Assembly: GCA_002269645.1 (NCBI GenBank) | Contig: NIVC01003864.1 | Coordinates: 1 to 48,474 of the forward strand | Origin: Macrostomum lignano | Taxonomy: Eukaryota | Reading direction: 5' to 3' | Length of the DNA: 48,474 nucleotides | In this document: in pieces, positions 46,251 through 48,474 of the stretch | How positions within the stretch are numbered: the stretch's first letter is position 1 | Layout of the letters: the number at the start of each line of letters is the position of its first letter | Translations under genes and position numbers: made by a program | Notes under the pieces: generated by a model | Told to the model about the DNA's origin: nothing | The model's input: the letters and a program-made list of their open reading frames with translations, nothing else | Databases searched by the model: none

Positions 46251-48474
46251 AAATTTTAGAGATTTTTACACCTAAAACAAAATTAAACATTGAACATTGA
46301 ACATAGAGTCAAAGACTGCCGATATTTAAGAGCAGAGCTCGTGCGTCAATATTTCAAAAAAGCACCAGTGTCAGCATTGACCATTCCTCCGTTAGTTGGG
46401 GGGGGGGAGGGCGTTTCAAAACCTCAAAAATTATTCTATGCTAGATAGATCAAAAATTAAGCAAACCCGACAGTAAAATCGGCAGATTCTGATGCTTTAT
46501 ACTGAGAGATCTGGCTCAGAGCTATGGCTATCAGATATATAGAATATATAGAGAAGAGTCTGTGTAAGAAGTGAGCGACGACGATCGCAGAGGATGAAGG
46601 GTGGGCATCGATCTTTATAGGGCGCGCACATGCAAGACTAGATGGAGCACCATCGATCAGGGAAGCGGCCTGGGGGGAGGCAGGGAGGGTTCAGACTGCT
46701 GAGCCTTAAATCTTCAAACAAAATATCGCAGCAGCGATTCTTCGGCTGAATTCTGAGCCATAAAATCCACCGAATCCTTAAAGTTTCCAACCCTTTCGTC
46801 TCCAAATCGTCAGTCAAGCTTGAAAAAAATTGCCGGTCACAGAAATGTTTGACGTCAGATCCCTTCCAAGCTAAATCTTATTGTCCCGGTCAGTCTAAAA
46901 CATAAACAAACCGAAATCTGTACTTTTTAAGGTATTTTCGTGGGGAGTCTTTAAAGGAACTCCAAGCATTTGTTTAGCATAAGAATACTTTTCTAACTGT
47001 TTCTGTAACTGGATTACACAATCAGATGCCCTATGACTTTTATTCTAAATTCTGCCAGCCATATTTCGTGCTGTGATGAATGAAATAAGTATTGAGAAAT
47101 GAATTCAAAAATGTTATATTCACAATATCATGTAAAATCTATTCAAAATGAAAACTGTAAGTATAACTTCTTAGTTACATCCTTTAGGACCTTAGCAAAG
47201 TTGTGCTGGCAAATTTTCATACAAAGGACTAAAAAATTATTTAATCCATTAAACAATAGGCAAAATATAAAATATAGGTTAGGGTATGTAATTTAGGTCA
47301 TTTGTAAATATGTAAATGCAAAGATGTGAATGATAAATGTAAAAAACTAAAAAACAGTGTGGATATTCTTCTCAATTAGAACTGAGATTACATGTTTCTA
47401 CTTAAAAAAAACTGAAATGAAATATTTTATAGCAAAGCATAAAAAGCTATAACATTTTTATAATATTTGTGATGATTTTTTGGTTTATACTAATACTCCC
47501 TCCAGATTAAAAAGGTTAACCAATACCAATAACATAATAAACCAAGATCACCATTATCTAAACTGGATAGCTGGACAAATTTCACAAAATTGGGTGCGAT
47601 AAGATTTTCATGGCTTGATTGAAGTGATGGAATAATTTTGTAAAGCAAAAAAAAAATTCCGACAACCTAAATTCAACTGTTCTAGCCATATAGATATAGT
47701 GATTAATAAATTAACCAGTTTAAAAATATGTTTACATGAAAAAAACTATGATACATTAAAACGTCCGTTTTCTCCAAAAAATCTTTCTTTTCTGGAATTC
47801 CAGAAAAAAAGAAATCGTTATTTCTGGCAACAGTGCGAGCATTCATACTTTCAATTAAATGAGTGAAATAATATGAGACTTCAAAAAATAGTTCAAAAGT
47901 TAGGATTAGAAATGTAAAGCTTTGATTTTTTACTGTCCTGTTGCGGTACACAAATTATCTCATTATATATATATAGGCCTACCTTGTAAAATTATTTAAA
48001 GTTAGTATGTTAACCTGTTCAAAACTATGAAGAGATATTCACTTTGATTTTGGTTTCGTTCAGGTAAAAGGCTCTGGCTTTACTTCAATAATACTGTCAA
48101 TGAGCAGTTGTTGGTAGAAGCAATTTAAATAATGCATTTCGCGATATTTTTATAAAAATTAAAAATTGGTTTGTGGAATGACTCGGTAAGTTTTAATGCA
48201 TTTTCTTTTTTACAAAAACTTATTTTAAAAAATAACTGATAGCGTTTTAATTAAAGAGCGCAAATATATAATAAAAGATGTAATAACTTTGGTATAATGA
48301 GCGTGACAAATGCAATTTTTAATTTTAGTTCAGGTGCTGTTTTGAAAAATTCATTCGTGAATGCAAATTTATTTAGTCTTGGCGTTGGGGCTCTCTGTCT
48401 CTGACAACCAATCTTCAACTCAACTTTGATTGCTAGGCGTAATTTATGTAAATTATTTACTGCATTCACCGCTG

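Overview
This is eukaryotic (animal) genomic DNA, not prokaryotic. GT-AG introns, tRNA-derived SINEs, hAT elements and GC-rich Ala/Ser-rich exons sit in AT-rich, satellite-dense DNA. The style suggests a flatworm such as Macrostomum, but that is inference only. From left to right: (1) an ENT-domain (EMSY-like) ORF. (2) A tandem array of four intronless torsin-activator genes (LAP1/LULL1, TOR1AIP family). They have unrelated N-termini and near-identical C-termini that keep the arginine finger, and two copies of one MITE bracket the array. Paralogue 4 carries PSAP, LYPDL and PPxY motifs, and paralogue 2 has about 400 aa of in-frame minisatellite. (3) A ~20 kb satellite-rich zone with an orphan gene, a hAT deletion derivative that keeps the dimerisation domain, and a long-TIR hAT-like element carrying a Ty3/Gypsy RT fragment. 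(4) A minus-strand CCDC142-like gene that I reconstructed by hand: seven exons, all six introns phase-consistent, about 1150 aa, with a different tandem repeat in each intron. No CRISPR array, rRNA or intact tRNA gene is supported. All family assignments come from motif recognition from memory, not from database searches.
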